Assembly (NCBI GenBank): GCA_040902515.1
Contig: JBBDXB010000006.1
Coordinates: forward strand, 130,219-194,218
Length of the DNA stretch: 64,000 nt
Reading direction: 5' to 3'
Source: Patescibacteria group bacterium
GTDB taxonomy: Bacteria; Patescibacteriota; SICC01
Translations under genes and position numbers: made by a program
The notes under the pieces: model-generated
What the model was told of the DNA's origin: nothing
Databases searched by the model: none
Seen by the model: only the letters and a program-made list of their open reading frames with translations
Shown here: piece by piece, positions 25,975 through 36,703 of the stretch
How the letters are laid out: every line of letters starts with the position of its first letter
Numbering within the stretch: position 1 is the first letter of the stretch

Positions 25975-27495
25975 TTACTTCGCCAGTTCCGTCGCCCGCG
26001 TCTCGCGGATCACGTTGACCTTGATCTGGCCCGGGAAGGTCAGTTCCTGCTCGATCTTCTTGGCGATGTCCTTGGCGAGCTTCACCGTCGAAAGGTCGTC
26101 GATCTCCTGCGGCCGCACCAGGATCCTGATCTCGCGACCCGCCTGGATCGCGTACGCCTTGTCCACGCCGTCGAACGCATTGGCCACGTTCTCCAGCTCC
26201 TGGAGGCGCTTCACGTACTGCTCGTAGCTCTCGCGGCGGGCGCCGGGGCGGGCGCCGGAGATCGCGTCGGAGACCTGGCAGATGACGTCGAGCGTGGATT
26301 CGATCGGCAGGTCCTCGTGGTGCGCGCCGACGGCGTGGCAGATGTCCTCGGGCAGGCCGTACTTCTTGCAGATGTCCCGGCCGATCAGGGCGTGCGGTCC
26401 CTCGACCTCGTGGGTCACGGCCTTGCCGATGTCGTGGAACAAGCCGACCAGCTTGGCCTTGGTCGGATCCACGCCGAGTTCGCCGGCCAGCATCTGCGCG
26501 ATGAAACTGACCTCGACCGAGTGCTTGAGAATGTTCTGCCCATATGACGTCCGGAACTTCATGGTGCCGAGCAGCTTCACCAGATCGGGATTGAGTCCGC
26601 TGAGCTTGAGTTCATAGACGGCATCCTCACCGGCCTTCTTGGAGATCTGGTTCACTTCCTTCTCGGCCTTCTTCACGACCTCTTCGATCCGGGACGGGTT
26701 GATCCGCCCGTCGGCGACGAGCTTCTCCATCGCGATCCGGGCGACCTGCCGCCGGACCGGGCTGTAGCCGGAGATCACCACGGTGTCCGGCGTGTCATCG
26801 ACGATGATGTCGACGCCGGTCGCCTTCTCGAACGACTGGATGTTCCGGCCCTCCTTGCCGATGATCCGCCCCTTGATCTCGTCACTCGGGATCTGGACGG
26901 TCGTCACGGTCAGCTCAGCCGACTGGTCCGCGGCGTAGCGCTGGATCGCCCCGGCGATGATCTTCTTCGCGCGCTGCTCGCCCTCCTCCTTCGCCCGCTC
27001 CTCCAGATCGTGGACCTTCCGTGCGAACTCCTCGGAGAACTCCTTCTCCAGCATCTTGAGCAGCACGTCCTTGGCCTTCGCCTGGGTGAGCTTCGCGACC
27101 TTTTCCAGGTTCTGGACCTGACGCTCCTTCACCTCGGAGATCTCATCCTTAAGCGCCTTGGCTTGTTCACGGTCTTTCTCAAGTTGCGCCAACCGCTCCT
27201 CGAGCTGCTTCTCCTTGCGATCGAGATTTTCCTCACGTGAAGCCAGTCGCGACTCGGTCGCCTCCAGCCGCTTCCGATGCTCGCGTTCCTCGTCTTTCGC
27301 CGCGTTGGTAGCCTTAAGCGCCTCGTCCTGTGCCCTTAGGACGATTTCCTTGGCCTTCGACTCGGCATCACTGAGCGTTTTCTCAGCCTTGGCGTGCGTG
27401 CGCTCCTGCTGGCCCTTGTTGCGATTCGAAAAAACCGCATAACCGAAGCCAGCTCCCGCTGCCGCGGCCACGAGCAGTAACAGTACCGTATCCAT
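25975..27495 (-). CDS. rny: ribonuclease Y
   Basis: N-terminal TM, long coiled-coil, KH domain (IIGKEGRNIQ) and HD domain (LFHDIGK). Confidence 0.9.
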   Translation of the reverse strand: MDTVLLLLVAAAAGAGFGYAVFSNRNKGQQERTHAKAEKTLSDAESKAKEIVLRAQDEALKATNAAKDEEREHRKRLEATESRLASREENLDRKEKQLEERLAQLEKDREQAKALKDEISEVKERQVQNLEKVAKLTQAKAKDVLLKMLEKEFSEEFARKVHDLEERAKEEGEQRAKKIIAGAIQRYAADQSAELTVTTVQIPSDEIKGRIIGKEGRNIQSFEKATGVDIIVDDTPDTVVISGYSPVRRQVARIAMEKLVADGRINPSRIEEVVKKAEKEVNQISKKAGEDAVYELKLSGLNPDLVKLLGTMKFRTSYGQNILKHSVEVSFIAQMLAGELGVDPTKAKLVGLFHDIGKAVTHEVEGPHALIGRDICKKYGLPEDICHAVGAHHEDLPIESTLDVICQVSDAISGARPGARRESYEQYVKRLQELENVANAFDGVDKAYAIQAGREIRILVRPQEIDDLSTVKLAKDIAKKIEQELTFPGQIKVNVIRETRATELAK

Positions 27496-27572
27496 GGAAT
27501 GTTCCCTTTATCATTGCCCTCCTACTATACCACCTCGACCGGGAGCCGCCCGGCACGCTAGGCTGGATACAT

Positions 27573-29540
27573 ATGTTAGGAATCGCATTCCTGCTTACGG
27601 CCGCGACATTCGGATTTTCCGTGGCATACGTGCTGCCGTTGGCGCTTCGGATCGAGGAACGGTTGTTCGCCGGCATACCGATCGGCCTCGCGGCCGGCGG
27701 ACTGATCGGGTTCCTTTACGTACTGTGGTTCGGCATGGACGCCGGCGCGCTGCTCGTGCCGACGCTGCTCGGCGTGGCCGGGACCGGCCTGCTCTGGCGC
27801 CGCCAGGGCCTTGCGGCGGCCGTCCGGCGGGACGTCGCGGACTTCCGGAAACGTCTCCGCGCCTGGCCGTTCCGGATCGGCGCCGCCTTGTTCACGATCC
27901 TCGCGGCGACGCTCGGTACGATCATGTGGCATGCGCTGTTCGTCGACGGCGGTTCGATCTACGTCAGCTTCAGCAACGTCTGGGGGGACTGGAATCAGCA
28001 CCTCGCCCAGACCACCAGCTTCGCGTACGGCGGGAACTTCCCCCCGGAGCAGACCGTGCTGAGCGGCCAGAAGATCACGTACCCGCTGCTCACGAATTTC
28101 GTGTCGGCGCTCCTGGTCACCGGCGGGCTGGGCCTCCTCGCCGCGATGAAAGTTCCCGGCGTGCTGCTGATCATCGCCGGGTTCGGCATGCTCACCACGT
28201 TCCTCCGCCTGACCGCCGGCCCCAAGGCGATGCTGACCGGGGCGGTCCTGTTCTACGCGTTCGGCGGCCTTGGGTTCATCAATTTTTTCGCCGACCTGGC
28301 GGCGTCCGGCAAACCCCTCGGCGAGTTCCTCCGGCAACTCCCGCACGAGTACACGCTTACCTTCGGTGAGGTGCCGGTAGCGAACATCAACCTGATCAAT
28401 CCGATCTTCGCGTACGTCATTCCCCAGCGCGCGTTCCTATTCGGGCTGCCACTCACGCTGACGATCCTGAGCCTCCTATACGCAGGCCTCAAGGGACGGC
28501 CCCGGGAACCGTTCCTGGCTGCCGGGCTGATCGCGATCCTGCTGCCGTTGGTCCACACCCATTCGCTCGTGTTCCTGGGACTACTCACGCCGGGACTGGC
28601 GCTGCTCACCTGGCGACAATTGGCCGGTCCGCGCAAACGGCGCTTCAGATGGCGGTACCTTATGCCCTGGCTGTACTTCGTCGGCCCGATCCTGGCGCTG
28701 GCCGTGCCGCAGGTGCTCTGGCTCTCCGCGGGGGTCAAGGCGACCGGCTTCCTCCGGCCGCAGTTCGGCTGGACCGCGCACGGCGACTTCCTACCCTGGT
28801 TCTGGCTGAAGAACCTCGGACTCTTCCTGCCACTCCTGCTCACGAGCTTCTTCTGGCTCCGCGGGCGCGATTCGCTCCTGCTCCGGTTCACGCTCGCGGC
28901 CGGCATCGTCTGGGTGCTGGCAAACCTGCTCGTGTTCCAGCCGTGGGACTGGGACAACACCAAGTTCCTGGTCTACTGGCTGGTCCTGAGCATCCCGGCC
29001 GTCGCCGCGCTACTGGTCTGGGTATTCGAGCGCGGGCGGATCGGCAAAGTCACGGTCGTCGCGATCTTCCCCTTCCTGATCCTGGCGGGCCTCGCGGACA
29101 TCACCCGGACGCTGCCGCCGAACCACTACCGCACGCTGATGTTCGACGAACAGGCCCAGCGGATCGCGGAGACCGTACGGCGGGAGACCGCGCCCGATTC
29201 GGTCTGGCTGACCGGACAGCAGGTGAACAATCCGGTCGCGTCACTCGCCGGAAGACGGCTGGTGCTGGGCTACACGGGCTGGCTTTGGAGCTATGGGCTG
29301 GACTACGCCCACCGCGAAGCCGACGTGCGGCGGATGTATGAAGGCGCACCGGAAACCCCGGAGCTGCTCCGGCAGTACGAAATCGACTTCGTGATGATCG
29401 GCCCCTCGGAGCGGGCGGACGAGGGATACGCCGTCAATGAGAGGTTCTTCCGCGAGCGGTATCCGGTCTGGCAACGGTTCCCCGCGGAGCCGGGGGAGAC
29501 GGACGGCCCGGTGAACGTCTACCGGATTTCGGAGGAGTAA
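27573..29540 (+). CDS. putative polytopic membrane glycosyltransferase (GT-C/ArnT-PMT-like)
   Basis: 655 aa with 12 or more TM helices and a C-terminal soluble domain. GT-C-like topology. Function is inferred. Confidence 0.45.
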   Translation: MLGIAFLLTAATFGFSVAYVLPLALRIEERLFAGIPIGLAAGGLIGFLYVLWFGMDAGALLVPTLLGVAGTGLLWRRQGLAAAVRRDVADFRKRLRAWPFRIGAALFTILAATLGTIMWHALFVDGGSIYVSFSNVWGDWNQHLAQTTSFAYGGNFPPEQTVLSGQKITYPLLTNFVSALLVTGGLGLLAAMKVPGVLLIIAGFGMLTTFLRLTAGPKAMLTGAVLFYAFGGLGFINFFADLAASGKPLGEFLRQLPHEYTLTFGEVPVANINLINPIFAYVIPQRAFLFGLPLTLTILSLLYAGLKGRPREPFLAAGLIAILLPLVHTHSLVFLGLLTPGLALLTWRQLAGPRKRRFRWRYLMPWLYFVGPILALAVPQVLWLSAGVKATGFLRPQFGWTAHGDFLPWFWLKNLGLFLPLLLTSFFWLRGRDSLLLRFTLAAGIVWVLANLLVFQPWDWDNTKFLVYWLVLSIPAVAALLVWVFERGRIGKVTVVAIFPFLILAGLADITRTLPPNHYRTLMFDEQAQRIAETVRRETAPDSVWLTGQQVNNPVASLAGRRLVLGYTGWLWSYGLDYAHREADVRRMYEGAPETPELLRQYEIDFVMIGPSERADEGYAVNERFFRERYPVWQRFPAEPGETDGPVNVYRISEE

Positions 29541-29934
29541 TCGACGGCTCGCGTCCGTAGGACGGGAGCACCGCCCGGACGGTCTTGCCTGCCTCGAGCC
29601 GATCCCGGACCAGGCTGGCGAACGCCGCGAGCGACGGCACTTCGTCCGCCCCGGCGGGAACGAGCGGGGTGCGGTTCGCGTACGCCAGAGCGTTGGCGAC
29701 CGCCGTGCCGATCCGCAGCGCCGTGAACGGACCGGGACCGCTCACGATACCGATCGCGGCGAGGTCGTCCAATGGCTGCCTGGCCTCCCGACTGAGCCCG
29801 TCGATCCGGGAAAGCAGTTGCTCCGAAAGCTGGCGCCGGTCCACTACCGTGGCCTCGGCCAGCACCGAACGCTGCGTGGCGATCGCTACCGTCGCCGGCT
29901 CGGACACCGTGTCGATCAGCAGGAAGCGTCTCAT
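29434..29934 (-). CDS. tsaB: tRNA threonylcarbamoyladenosine biosynthesis protein TsaB (compact)
   Basis: MRRFLLIDTVSE...IVSGPGPFTALRIGTAVANALAYAN. Start ATG overlaps the tsaE stop (ATGA). The 3' end overlaps the convergent GT-C gene by about 100 nt. Confidence 0.65.
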   Translation of the reverse strand: MRRFLLIDTVSEPATVAIATQRSVLAEATVVDRRQLSEQLLSRIDGLSREARQPLDDLAAIGIVSGPGPFTALRIGTAVANALAYANRTPLVPAGADEVPSLAAFASLVRDRLEAGKTVRAVLPSYGREPSITPPKSGRRSPGRPSPPAPRGTVARPDTARGRTSH

Positions 29935-30401
29935 CGCGGCAGCTTCTTTCTCAGCCGCTCCGGCAGCTCGATCTTCCGCTCCGTGTCGGTGACGAGGAAC
30001 CGGATGGTCCACTGCGGGATATCCGCCGCAGGCCTGACCTTCTCCCCCCACTCGATGGCGGTGATGACGTCCCGGTCCTCCAGCCGCTCCGGCAGCTCGA
30101 TCGAGCGCAGCTCGGCCGGCGTCGGACGGTCCGGCAGGCGGTAAAGGTCGAAGTGCGCCAGCCGGGTCGAGCGATGCGGCAATTCGTATTCGCGGAGATA
30201 CGTGTACGTCGGGCTCTTGACCGGTTCCCGTACGCCAAGCTCCTCGGCCAAGCCTTGGACGAACGCCGTCTTGCCCGCACCGAGGTCGCCCGTCAGCAGG
30301 AGGTTCTCGCCGCCTTCGAGCGCCCGCGCCATCAACCGGCCGAGTTCCTTGGTTTCCTCGACGGACCGGGTGATCATGACCGGTGGCGCGTTCGTTGCCA
30401 T
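29931..30401 (-). CDS. tsaE: tRNA threonylcarbamoyladenosine biosynthesis ATPase TsaE
   Basis: P-loop LTGDLGAGKTAFVQG and YLREYELPHRSTRLAHFDLYRL motif. Start taken at MATNAPP. Confidence 0.75.
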   Translation of the reverse strand: MATNAPPVMITRSVEETKELGRLMARALEGGENLLLTGDLGAGKTAFVQGLAEELGVREPVKSPTYTYLREYELPHRSTRLAHFDLYRLPDRPTPAELRSIELPERLEDRDVITAIEWGEKVRPAADIPQWTIRFLVTDTERKIELPERLRKKLPR

Positions 30402-31093
30402 GCGTAGAGTGTAGCAAGCGCGACCGCGAGAGCGTACGGTCCGGCGCCGGGACCGGCCTTGGGGAGCTTGCCGGCCGCGGCCCGCTGCGTCATCGTCCGT
30501 CCGGTACCGGACCCCACCGTCAGCGCCGCCGTGGACGACGGTACCTCGGCGTTTCCGGCGTCCGGAGCGTCGGCCGGTGGCGGTGTCGCCGGATTCTCCG
30601 TACCCGGTGTGCCCGTCGTCGTCCAGACACCCTCGGTGCCGTTCACCCGCGACCACACCTGGTCATCGCCGGCCTTGTCATACGTCACCCGGTCCAGCTC
30701 GGTCCCGTCCAAGAGCAGCAGGAGCGTGTCGCCACCGTTGATCAGGCTCCCGGACAGGTCGTCGAGCAACAGGACGCCGCCCGCGGGCAGGGTGGTTCCG
30801 GACGGCGCGCCCGCCAGCTTGGGCCCCGACACCCTCCTGACTGTCACCCCGTCCAGGAGCAACGGATGGCTGGCGACGTTCTTCAGTTCGATCCATTCGC
30901 GTCCGGTGTCGGCCCCCTCGGGATTCGGCAGGAATTCGTTGATGCGAAGATCGCCGGGAAGCGGGAGCGGTACCGATGCGGCGGATACGGCCGGCAACGG
31001 GGACGTCACCGGAGTCGGTGCCGGACTGGCTCCCGCCGCCGGAAGCGGCACAAGCACGGACAGCAAGATGGTCAGTAATCGTCGCATACGCAT
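30374..31093 (-). CDS. secreted lamin-tail-domain (LTD) protein with LPxxG-type C-terminal sorting signal
   Basis: Signal peptide. LRINEFLPNPEGADTGREWIELKN LTD signature. C-terminal LPKAG, then a hydrophobic stretch, then RTRHRS. Confidence 0.6.
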   Translation of the reverse strand: MRMRRLLTILLSVLVPLPAAGASPAPTPVTSPLPAVSAASVPLPLPGDLRINEFLPNPEGADTGREWIELKNVASHPLLLDGVTVRRVSGPKLAGAPSGTTLPAGGVLLLDDLSGSLINGGDTLLLLLDGTELDRVTYDKAGDDQVWSRVNGTEGVWTTTGTPGTENPATPPPADAPDAGNAEVPSSTAALTVGSGTGRTMTQRAAAGKLPKAGPGAGPYALAVALATLYAWQRTRHRS

Positions 31094-31262
31094 AAGGCGA
31101 TGAACCCGTTTCCCAGTGCCCCCCTCCCTCCGGCAACCTAATGGTCGCTCGCTTGTTACTATAGCTGGCTGCTTGCACCATTGTCAATCCCGCACGGATG
31201 CGGTATGTTCAGGAGCCGATAAAACCCTGCCATACCGCTCTTTTTGCGGTACACTACGTACT

Positions 31263-31565
31263 ATGAACCCGCTCGCACCACCCGAGATTCCCAATCCCCT
31301 GATAGACTTCGACGCGTCGTCGCTGTTCGGCCAGGTCATCGGCACGCTCTTCCTGTGGGCAGGAGCCGTCGCCCTGCTCTTCATCATCATCGGGGGGTTC
31401 CGGTTCATCATCTCAATGGGTAATCCGGAAGGCGTGGAGAAAGCGCGCCATACCGTGCTCTACGCGATCCTCGGACTGATCATCATCTTCCTGTCCTACA
31501 TCATCGTCGTGTACCTGCTTGGCGATCTGCTCGGCGTCCGGCCGGCCTACCGCATCGGCGAATAA
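31263..31565 (+). CDS. small two-TM protein, T4SS-pilin-like (TrbC/VirB2-like as seen in CPR)
   Basis: 100 aa with two hydrophobic helices separated by GNPEGVEKAR. Start taken at MNPLAPP. Confidence 0.4.
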   Translation: MNPLAPPEIPNPLIDFDASSLFGQVIGTLFLWAGAVALLFIIIGGFRFIISMGNPEGVEKARHTVLYAILGLIIIFLSYIIVVYLLGDLLGVRPAYRIGE

Positions 31566-31590
31566 AAAAGCGGGCGCATGCCTGCGCCGG
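31564..31590 (-). terminator. intrinsic terminator after rplY/ctc
   Basis: Minus strand: GGCGCAGGCATGCGCC hairpin followed by CGCTTTTTTATT. Confidence 0.55.
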
Positions 31591-31611
31591 AACCATCGGA
31601 GCGAAATCCCG

Positions 31612-32352
31612 CTAGTCTTTCTTGCCGGCGTCGCCCTTGTCGTCGCCTGACGCGTCGCCCTTGTCGTCGGCTCCGGCGCCCTCGCCGTCGCCTTCTTCGC
31701 CCTCTTCGCCTTCTTCTCCCTCACCTTCGCCCGGGACCTCGACATCCTCGGGCGATACTTCCTCGGCCTCTTCATCGAGTGCTTCCATCTCCTCCTGGGT
31801 GCGCGGCGGCGTGACCGTCGCCACGCTGGCTTCCGGTTCGGCGTGGATCTCGACGCTCGCCGGTACCTTCAGGTCCGCCACAGTGATCGAGTCTTCGAAC
31901 GTCGCCAGCGTCTCCACGTTCACCACGATCTCGGACGGGAGGTCGCCTGGCAGACACTCCACTTCGACCTCGCTCAGGTTGGTCAGCAGGGTGCCGTCGA
32001 GCTCGCGGACCGCCGGAGGCGTCCCCTCGAACGTCAGCGGCACGGTCGCCCTGATCTTCTCATCCATCTTTACCTGGTAGAGGTCGGCGTGGAGGTAGAT
32101 ACCGGTGGTGGGGTCGTGCTGGACATCGTGGATCAGCACGCTCTCCTGGCCGTCGGGCAGCTTCACGGCTACCACGGCCGAACCGCCGGCCTTGTGGTAG
32201 ATCCGTTCAAGTTCCCCGCGCACGAGCACCAGGTTCCGCGGTTTCACGCCGTGGCCGTAAAGTACCGCCGGCACCTTGCCGTCACGGCGCAGGCGACGGA
32301 CCTGCTTGCCGGTTTCTTCGCGGGGTTCCGCGCTGAGCGTGTAATCAGCCAT
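31612..32352 (-). CDS. rplY: 50S ribosomal protein L25/general stress protein Ctc with acidic tail
   Basis: L25/Ctc N-terminal and beta-barrel domains (VPAVLYGHG..., HADLYQV), plus a Glu/Asp/Gly-rich C-terminal extension. Confidence 0.85.
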   Translation of the reverse strand: MADYTLSAEPREETGKQVRRLRRDGKVPAVLYGHGVKPRNLVLVRGELERIYHKAGGSAVVAVKLPDGQESVLIHDVQHDPTTGIYLHADLYQVKMDEKIRATVPLTFEGTPPAVRELDGTLLTNLSEVEVECLPGDLPSEIVVNVETLATFEDSITVADLKVPASVEIHAEPEASVATVTPPRTQEEMEALDEEAEEVSPEDVEVPGEGEGEEGEEGEEGDGEGAGADDKGDASGDDKGDAGKKD

Positions 32353-32393
32353 ACGAAATCCAGCTTAGCTGACCGCTAAGCTTGTTGCCAGCC

Positions 32394-32765
32394 TTAGCGT
32401 GCCTTACCGCTGCCCCCGCCGCCGGTCTTGAACAGCTGTTCAAAGTTCCCGTCGAACTCCTTCAGGAACTGGTGCGCGTCCACCACGTGGTCGCTGGTGA
32501 CGGGATTCTTGGCATCCTTGCCCTTGAGATCCTCCGCCGTGACGTCGGACAACAGCTTCGGAGCCTGCTGCTCCTTGCCGCCGGATATCACGATCGTCGC
32601 CATCACGGGCAGACCGCACGCCTCGCAGTCGAGCTGGATCAGCGCGGCCATGTCGAGCTGACCGAGGAAGTGGATGTGATTCTCCTGGTAATTAGCGCCA
32701 CAACTGGGGCAGCGCATCATGGTTTGGATGTTTTTGATGAGCTCTTGGAGCTGGTAGCTATTCAT
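32394..32765 (-). CDS. hypothetical zinc-ribbon protein
   Basis: CPSCG...CEACG pair. RBS GAGGAA before ATG (MNSYQLQ). Sits where atpD would normally follow atpG. Confidence 0.45.
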   Translation of the reverse strand: MNSYQLQELIKNIQTMMRCPSCGANYQENHIHFLGQLDMAALIQLDCEACGLPVMATIVISGGKEQQAPKLLSDVTAEDLKGKDAKNPVTSDHVVDAHQFLKEFDGNFEQLFKTGGGGSGKAR

Positions 32766-32895
32766 ATGTGGTTCCTCAGGTTGAGGCATTGTAGCGTATG
32801 AGAGCCTTTCCGTCAATGCTTTTTTGTATGAACGAGGCGTGCTCGACGGCCTCTTGGCCTCATCGTACGCGGTGAGTGACGAGCGTCAAGAACGG

Positions 32896-33741
32896 CTACG
32901 CGGCCGCGCTGGCGGCGGCGATCTCGGCGATTTCCGTGGTGATCGCCTGCTGGCGGGCGCGGTTGTAGGAGAGCTGGAGCGCGTCCAGCAGCTCGTCGGC
33001 GTTGTCGGTGGCGTTCCGCATCGCGAGCATCCGGGCGGAGTGCTCCGAGGCCTTGGTCTCGAGCAGCGCCGTGAACAAGGTGATCTCGATTAACCGCGGG
33101 AGCAGTGCGGTGAGGACCTCCTCGGGACTGGGTTCGAATCCGAGGACCGCCTTGGGTCCGGCTTCCTGCTCCGGTAGCACGGCGGGGAGTAATCGCTCCG
33201 TGACGGGCTCGCTGCGGAGCGTCGAGACGAACCGCGGGTAGACCAGGTCGATCGCGTCGAGACGGCCCTCCGTGAACTCGCTGACCAACAGCTCGGCGAT
33301 CGGCAGGATGTCCTCGTAGCGGGGAGTGTCGATCAGTCCCGTGAAGTTCGCCGTGAGCGGGAGCTTCCGGGCGGCCAGCGCCTGCTCCGCTTTCCGCCCG
33401 ACCGGGATGAAGCTGGCCTGCCCCGGCCCGTCGGCGGCGGTGAGGCCTGCCTTGAGAACGTTCGTGTTGAGCGCCCCGCAGAGCCCACGGTCGGTGGAGA
33501 TCAGCACCACGGCGCGGCGCTTGATGTCGCGCCGAGCCAGGAGCGGCTGGTCGTGGTCCACGTCCTCCGCGGCCACGGCCTTCAGGACTTCCCGGGCTTT
33601 CTCGCCGTACGCCCGTGCCGCCAGGACGCCCTCCTGCGCCCGGCGCATCTTGGTCGCCGCCACCATCTCCATCGCCCGGGTGATCTGCCGGATGTTGTCG
33701 ATCGAGCCGAGCCGCCGCTTGATGTCGCGGGTGTTAGCCAT
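32896..33741 (-). CDS. atpG: F0F1 ATP synthase subunit gamma
   Basis: MANTRDIKRRLGSIDNIRQITRAMEMVAATKMRRAQ...: the canonical gamma N-terminus. Confidence 0.9.
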   Translation of the reverse strand: MANTRDIKRRLGSIDNIRQITRAMEMVAATKMRRAQEGVLAARAYGEKAREVLKAVAAEDVDHDQPLLARRDIKRRAVVLISTDRGLCGALNTNVLKAGLTAADGPGQASFIPVGRKAEQALAARKLPLTANFTGLIDTPRYEDILPIAELLVSEFTEGRLDAIDLVYPRFVSTLRSEPVTERLLPAVLPEQEAGPKAVLGFEPSPEEVLTALLPRLIEITLFTALLETKASEHSARMLAMRNATDNADELLDALQLSYNRARQQAITTEIAEIAAASAAA

Positions 33742-33742
33742 G

Positions 33743-35242
33743 TCAGGCGAACTTCTTCTTGACCGCCTCGATTACGGCGTCGAGCTGTTGCTTCCGGTCG
33801 TCCGGCAGGGTCGGGTCCCGCTTGAACGCGTCCGTGAACTTCCGGTCCTTCTCTAGTCGTGTGCGGAGCTCCTCCTCGAATGCGTCGATCTTCTCCGGCG
33901 TCACGTCGTCCAGCGCGCCGCTGGTTACCGCGTAGATTACCGCCACCTGGGCCCACTCGGGGAGTGGCTGGTTCTGCGGCTGCTTCAGGACCTCGGTCAC
34001 GCGTTTGCCGCGTTCCAGCTTGGCCTGGGTGGATTCGTCGAGGTCGCTGCCGAACTGCGCGAACGCCGCCAGCTCGCGGTACTGCGCAAGGTCCAGCCGA
34101 AGCGTGCCGGCGATGCTCTTCATGCCTTTGTTCTGGGCGGCGCCGCCCACGCGGGACACCGAGTTGCCGACGTTGATCGCCGGGCGGATCCCCTGGTAGA
34201 ACAGGTCGGTCTCGAGGTAAATCTGGCCGTCGGTGATGGAAATCACGTTGGTCGGGATGTACGCGGAGAGGTCGCCCGCCTGCGTTTCGATGATCGGGAG
34301 CGCCGTCAGCGAGCCATCGCCGTGGTCCTCGCCCATGTTGGCCGCCCGTTCGAGCAGCCGCGAGTGCAAGTAAAAGACGTCTCCGGGGTAGGCCTCACGA
34401 CCCGACGGCCGGCGGAGCAGCAGTGAGAGCTGCCGGTAGGCCGCGGCGTGCTTGGAGAGGTCGTCGTACGCAACGAGCGCGTGACGGCCGCTATCGCGGA
34501 AGTACTCGCCCATGGTGCAACCGGCGTACGGCGCCAGGTACTGCTGGGCGGCGGGGTCGGTCGCCGAGGCCAGGACCACGATCGAGCGCTTCAGCGCCCC
34601 CTGCTTCTCGAGCGTAGCCACGAGCTGACGGACCCGGGATTCCTTCTGGCCGACCGCGACGTAGATCGAGATCACGTCGTCGTTCTGGTTGAGGATCGTG
34701 TCGACCGCGATGGTAGTCTTGCCGGACTGCCGGTCGCCGATGATCAGCTCGCGCTGGCCACGGCCGATCGGGATCATCGCGTCGATCGCCTTGATGCCGG
34801 TATGCAGCGGCGTGTCCACCGGCTTCCGGGTGATCACGCCGGGCGCGATCTTCTCCACCGGCTGAGTTTCCTTGGTCTTGATCGGTCCCTTGCCGTCGAT
34901 CGGCTCGCCGAGCGCGTTGACCACGCGGCCGACCAGCGCTTCCCCGACCGGCACGCTCATCACCTCGCCGCTCCGGCGGACCTCGGCGCCTTCGGTCAGG
35001 CCCTGTTCGTCACCGAGCAACACGGCACCGACGGTGCCTTCCTCGAGGTTCAAGGCCATACCAGTGCGGCCGCCGGGGAAGACCAGCTTTTCCATGGCCT
35101 GCGCGCCGGACAACCCGGAGACGATCGCGATGCCGTCACCGACGGCGATGATCCGGCCGGTGTCGGCCAGTTCGGACGATACCTTCGCCTTTCCGACAGC
35201 GGTGCTCAGTGATTGGGCGATCTGGTCTGCGGTCTTGCTCAT
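33743..35242 (-). CDS. atpA: F0F1 ATP synthase subunit alpha
   Basis: GDRQSGKT Walker A and full alpha-subunit homology across 499 aa. Confidence 0.95.
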   Translation of the reverse strand: MSKTADQIAQSLSTAVGKAKVSSELADTGRIIAVGDGIAIVSGLSGAQAMEKLVFPGGRTGMALNLEEGTVGAVLLGDEQGLTEGAEVRRSGEVMSVPVGEALVGRVVNALGEPIDGKGPIKTKETQPVEKIAPGVITRKPVDTPLHTGIKAIDAMIPIGRGQRELIIGDRQSGKTTIAVDTILNQNDDVISIYVAVGQKESRVRQLVATLEKQGALKRSIVVLASATDPAAQQYLAPYAGCTMGEYFRDSGRHALVAYDDLSKHAAAYRQLSLLLRRPSGREAYPGDVFYLHSRLLERAANMGEDHGDGSLTALPIIETQAGDLSAYIPTNVISITDGQIYLETDLFYQGIRPAINVGNSVSRVGGAAQNKGMKSIAGTLRLDLAQYRELAAFAQFGSDLDESTQAKLERGKRVTEVLKQPQNQPLPEWAQVAVIYAVTSGALDDVTPEKIDAFEEELRTRLEKDRKFTDAFKRDPTLPDDRKQQLDAVIEAVKKKFA

Positions 35243-35757
35243 GCGATACCTCCTACGGCTTCCGCTACCCGGTCGAGCCGGCCGCCGAGACTGGCGTCGA
35301 TGACGCGCCCGTCGACGGTGGCGCGGACGCCGCCGAGTAGTCGTTCATTATCTTCATACGTTACCAGAGCCCGGCGCGGATCGATCTTCAGAGCCTTCAG
35401 GATGCCACGCTCCGCCGGACCGTTCAACGGCGTGGGCGTTTCCAAGTGGACCCGAGCATACCCCTCCTTCGCCAGCTCCCGGGCGAATGCGTCTGCCAGC
35501 TTGGGAACGGCGTCCAGCTCCTGGTCGACCAGGAGCAGCTCCACCAGGCGGGCCACCGGACGGCTGCAGGGATTCAGCAATGATGCCAGACGTTTGCCCC
35601 GGGCCGGTTCCGGACGCGCGGCGGCGTCGATCAGTCCCCGCTTGAGGTCCGGCGTGGTCGCCAGTGCACCGGCCAGGCCGGCGAGTTCCCGCCACGCTGC
35701 GGCCGGATCGCTGACGACCTGACGAAGGCCGCGGGCGTAGTTACCCAGCTCAGCCAC
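35239..35757 (-). CDS. atpH: F0F1 ATP synthase subunit delta (OSCP)
   Basis: Position between atpF and atpA. OSCP-like 172 aa. 4-nt overlaps on both sides. Confidence 0.75.
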   Translation of the reverse strand: MAELGNYARGLRQVVSDPAAAWRELAGLAGALATTPDLKRGLIDAAARPEPARGKRLASLLNPCSRPVARLVELLLVDQELDAVPKLADAFARELAKEGYARVHLETPTPLNGPAERGILKALKIDPRRALVTYEDNERLLGGVRATVDGRVIDASLGGRLDRVAEAVGGIA

Positions 35758-36313
35758 GTTTTCTCCCTGCCGGCTTACGTTTCGAGGCCGGCTTGGCCGA
35801 CTTGGCCGGCCGCGCCTGCTTCGAAAGGTACCGTTCCGCGGCGGTCACCAGCCGTTTCTGGTCGGCAGGCTTCACCACGTCGCTGAGGACCTTCCGGGTC
35901 GTCTCTACGGTCAGGACGGCAAGCTCCGTGCGCAGTTCCTCGCGAAGCGCTTCCCGCTCCTGGCCGATCGATGCCTCGGTACGGTCACGAAGCGCCGCCG
36001 CTTCCCGGCGCGCTTCGTCGAGCATCTTGCGGGACGTATCGCTGGCCGCGTCCTTGGCTTCGGCGATGATCCGTTCCGCCTGGGCCCGGGCCGCCTTCCG
36101 CTCCTCGGCGTACTTGGCTTCTGCCGCTTCCAGGTCCTTCCGGGCTTGTTCGGCCTGTTTCAGGGAATCGGACACCTGCCGTTCGCGGTCGTGCATCAGC
36201 GTGGTCAACCGCGGCAGGACGAACTTCCAGACGACCAGCAGCAGGATCGCAAAATTAATGAACTGCACCAACAGCAGCTTTCCTTCGATCCCGAACTGTT
36301 CAAGTATTTCCAT
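35750..36313 (-). CDS. atpF: F0F1 ATP synthase subunit b
   Basis: N-terminal TM helix followed by a long charged helix (EAEAKYAEERKAARAQAE...). Confidence 0.8.
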   Translation of the reverse strand: MEILEQFGIEGKLLLVQFINFAILLLVVWKFVLPRLTTLMHDRERQVSDSLKQAEQARKDLEAAEAKYAEERKAARAQAERIIAEAKDAASDTSRKMLDEARREAAALRDRTEASIGQEREALREELRTELAVLTVETTRKVLSDVVKPADQKRLVTAAERYLSKQARPAKSAKPASKRKPAGRKRG

Positions 36314-36447
36314 ACGTTTGGTGAGTCAACGTCTGATCCAGGTGCTGCCGGTTCGGCAGGAAAACGCTGTTACGTTTTGACGAACCCGCAATCCCGATTC
36401 CAGGGCGGGTTCGGCGCGTTTTCCGCCGAACCGGCGGTACCGTCCGA

Positions 36448-36678
<231 letters not shown>

Positions 36679-36703
36679 TTAATTACTGCTTATGCTTGCG
36701 TGA

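Noticed and set aside
25435-26547. 370-aa plus-strand ORF opposite ymdB/rny
   Set aside because: Antisense of two highly conserved genes. Composition artefact.
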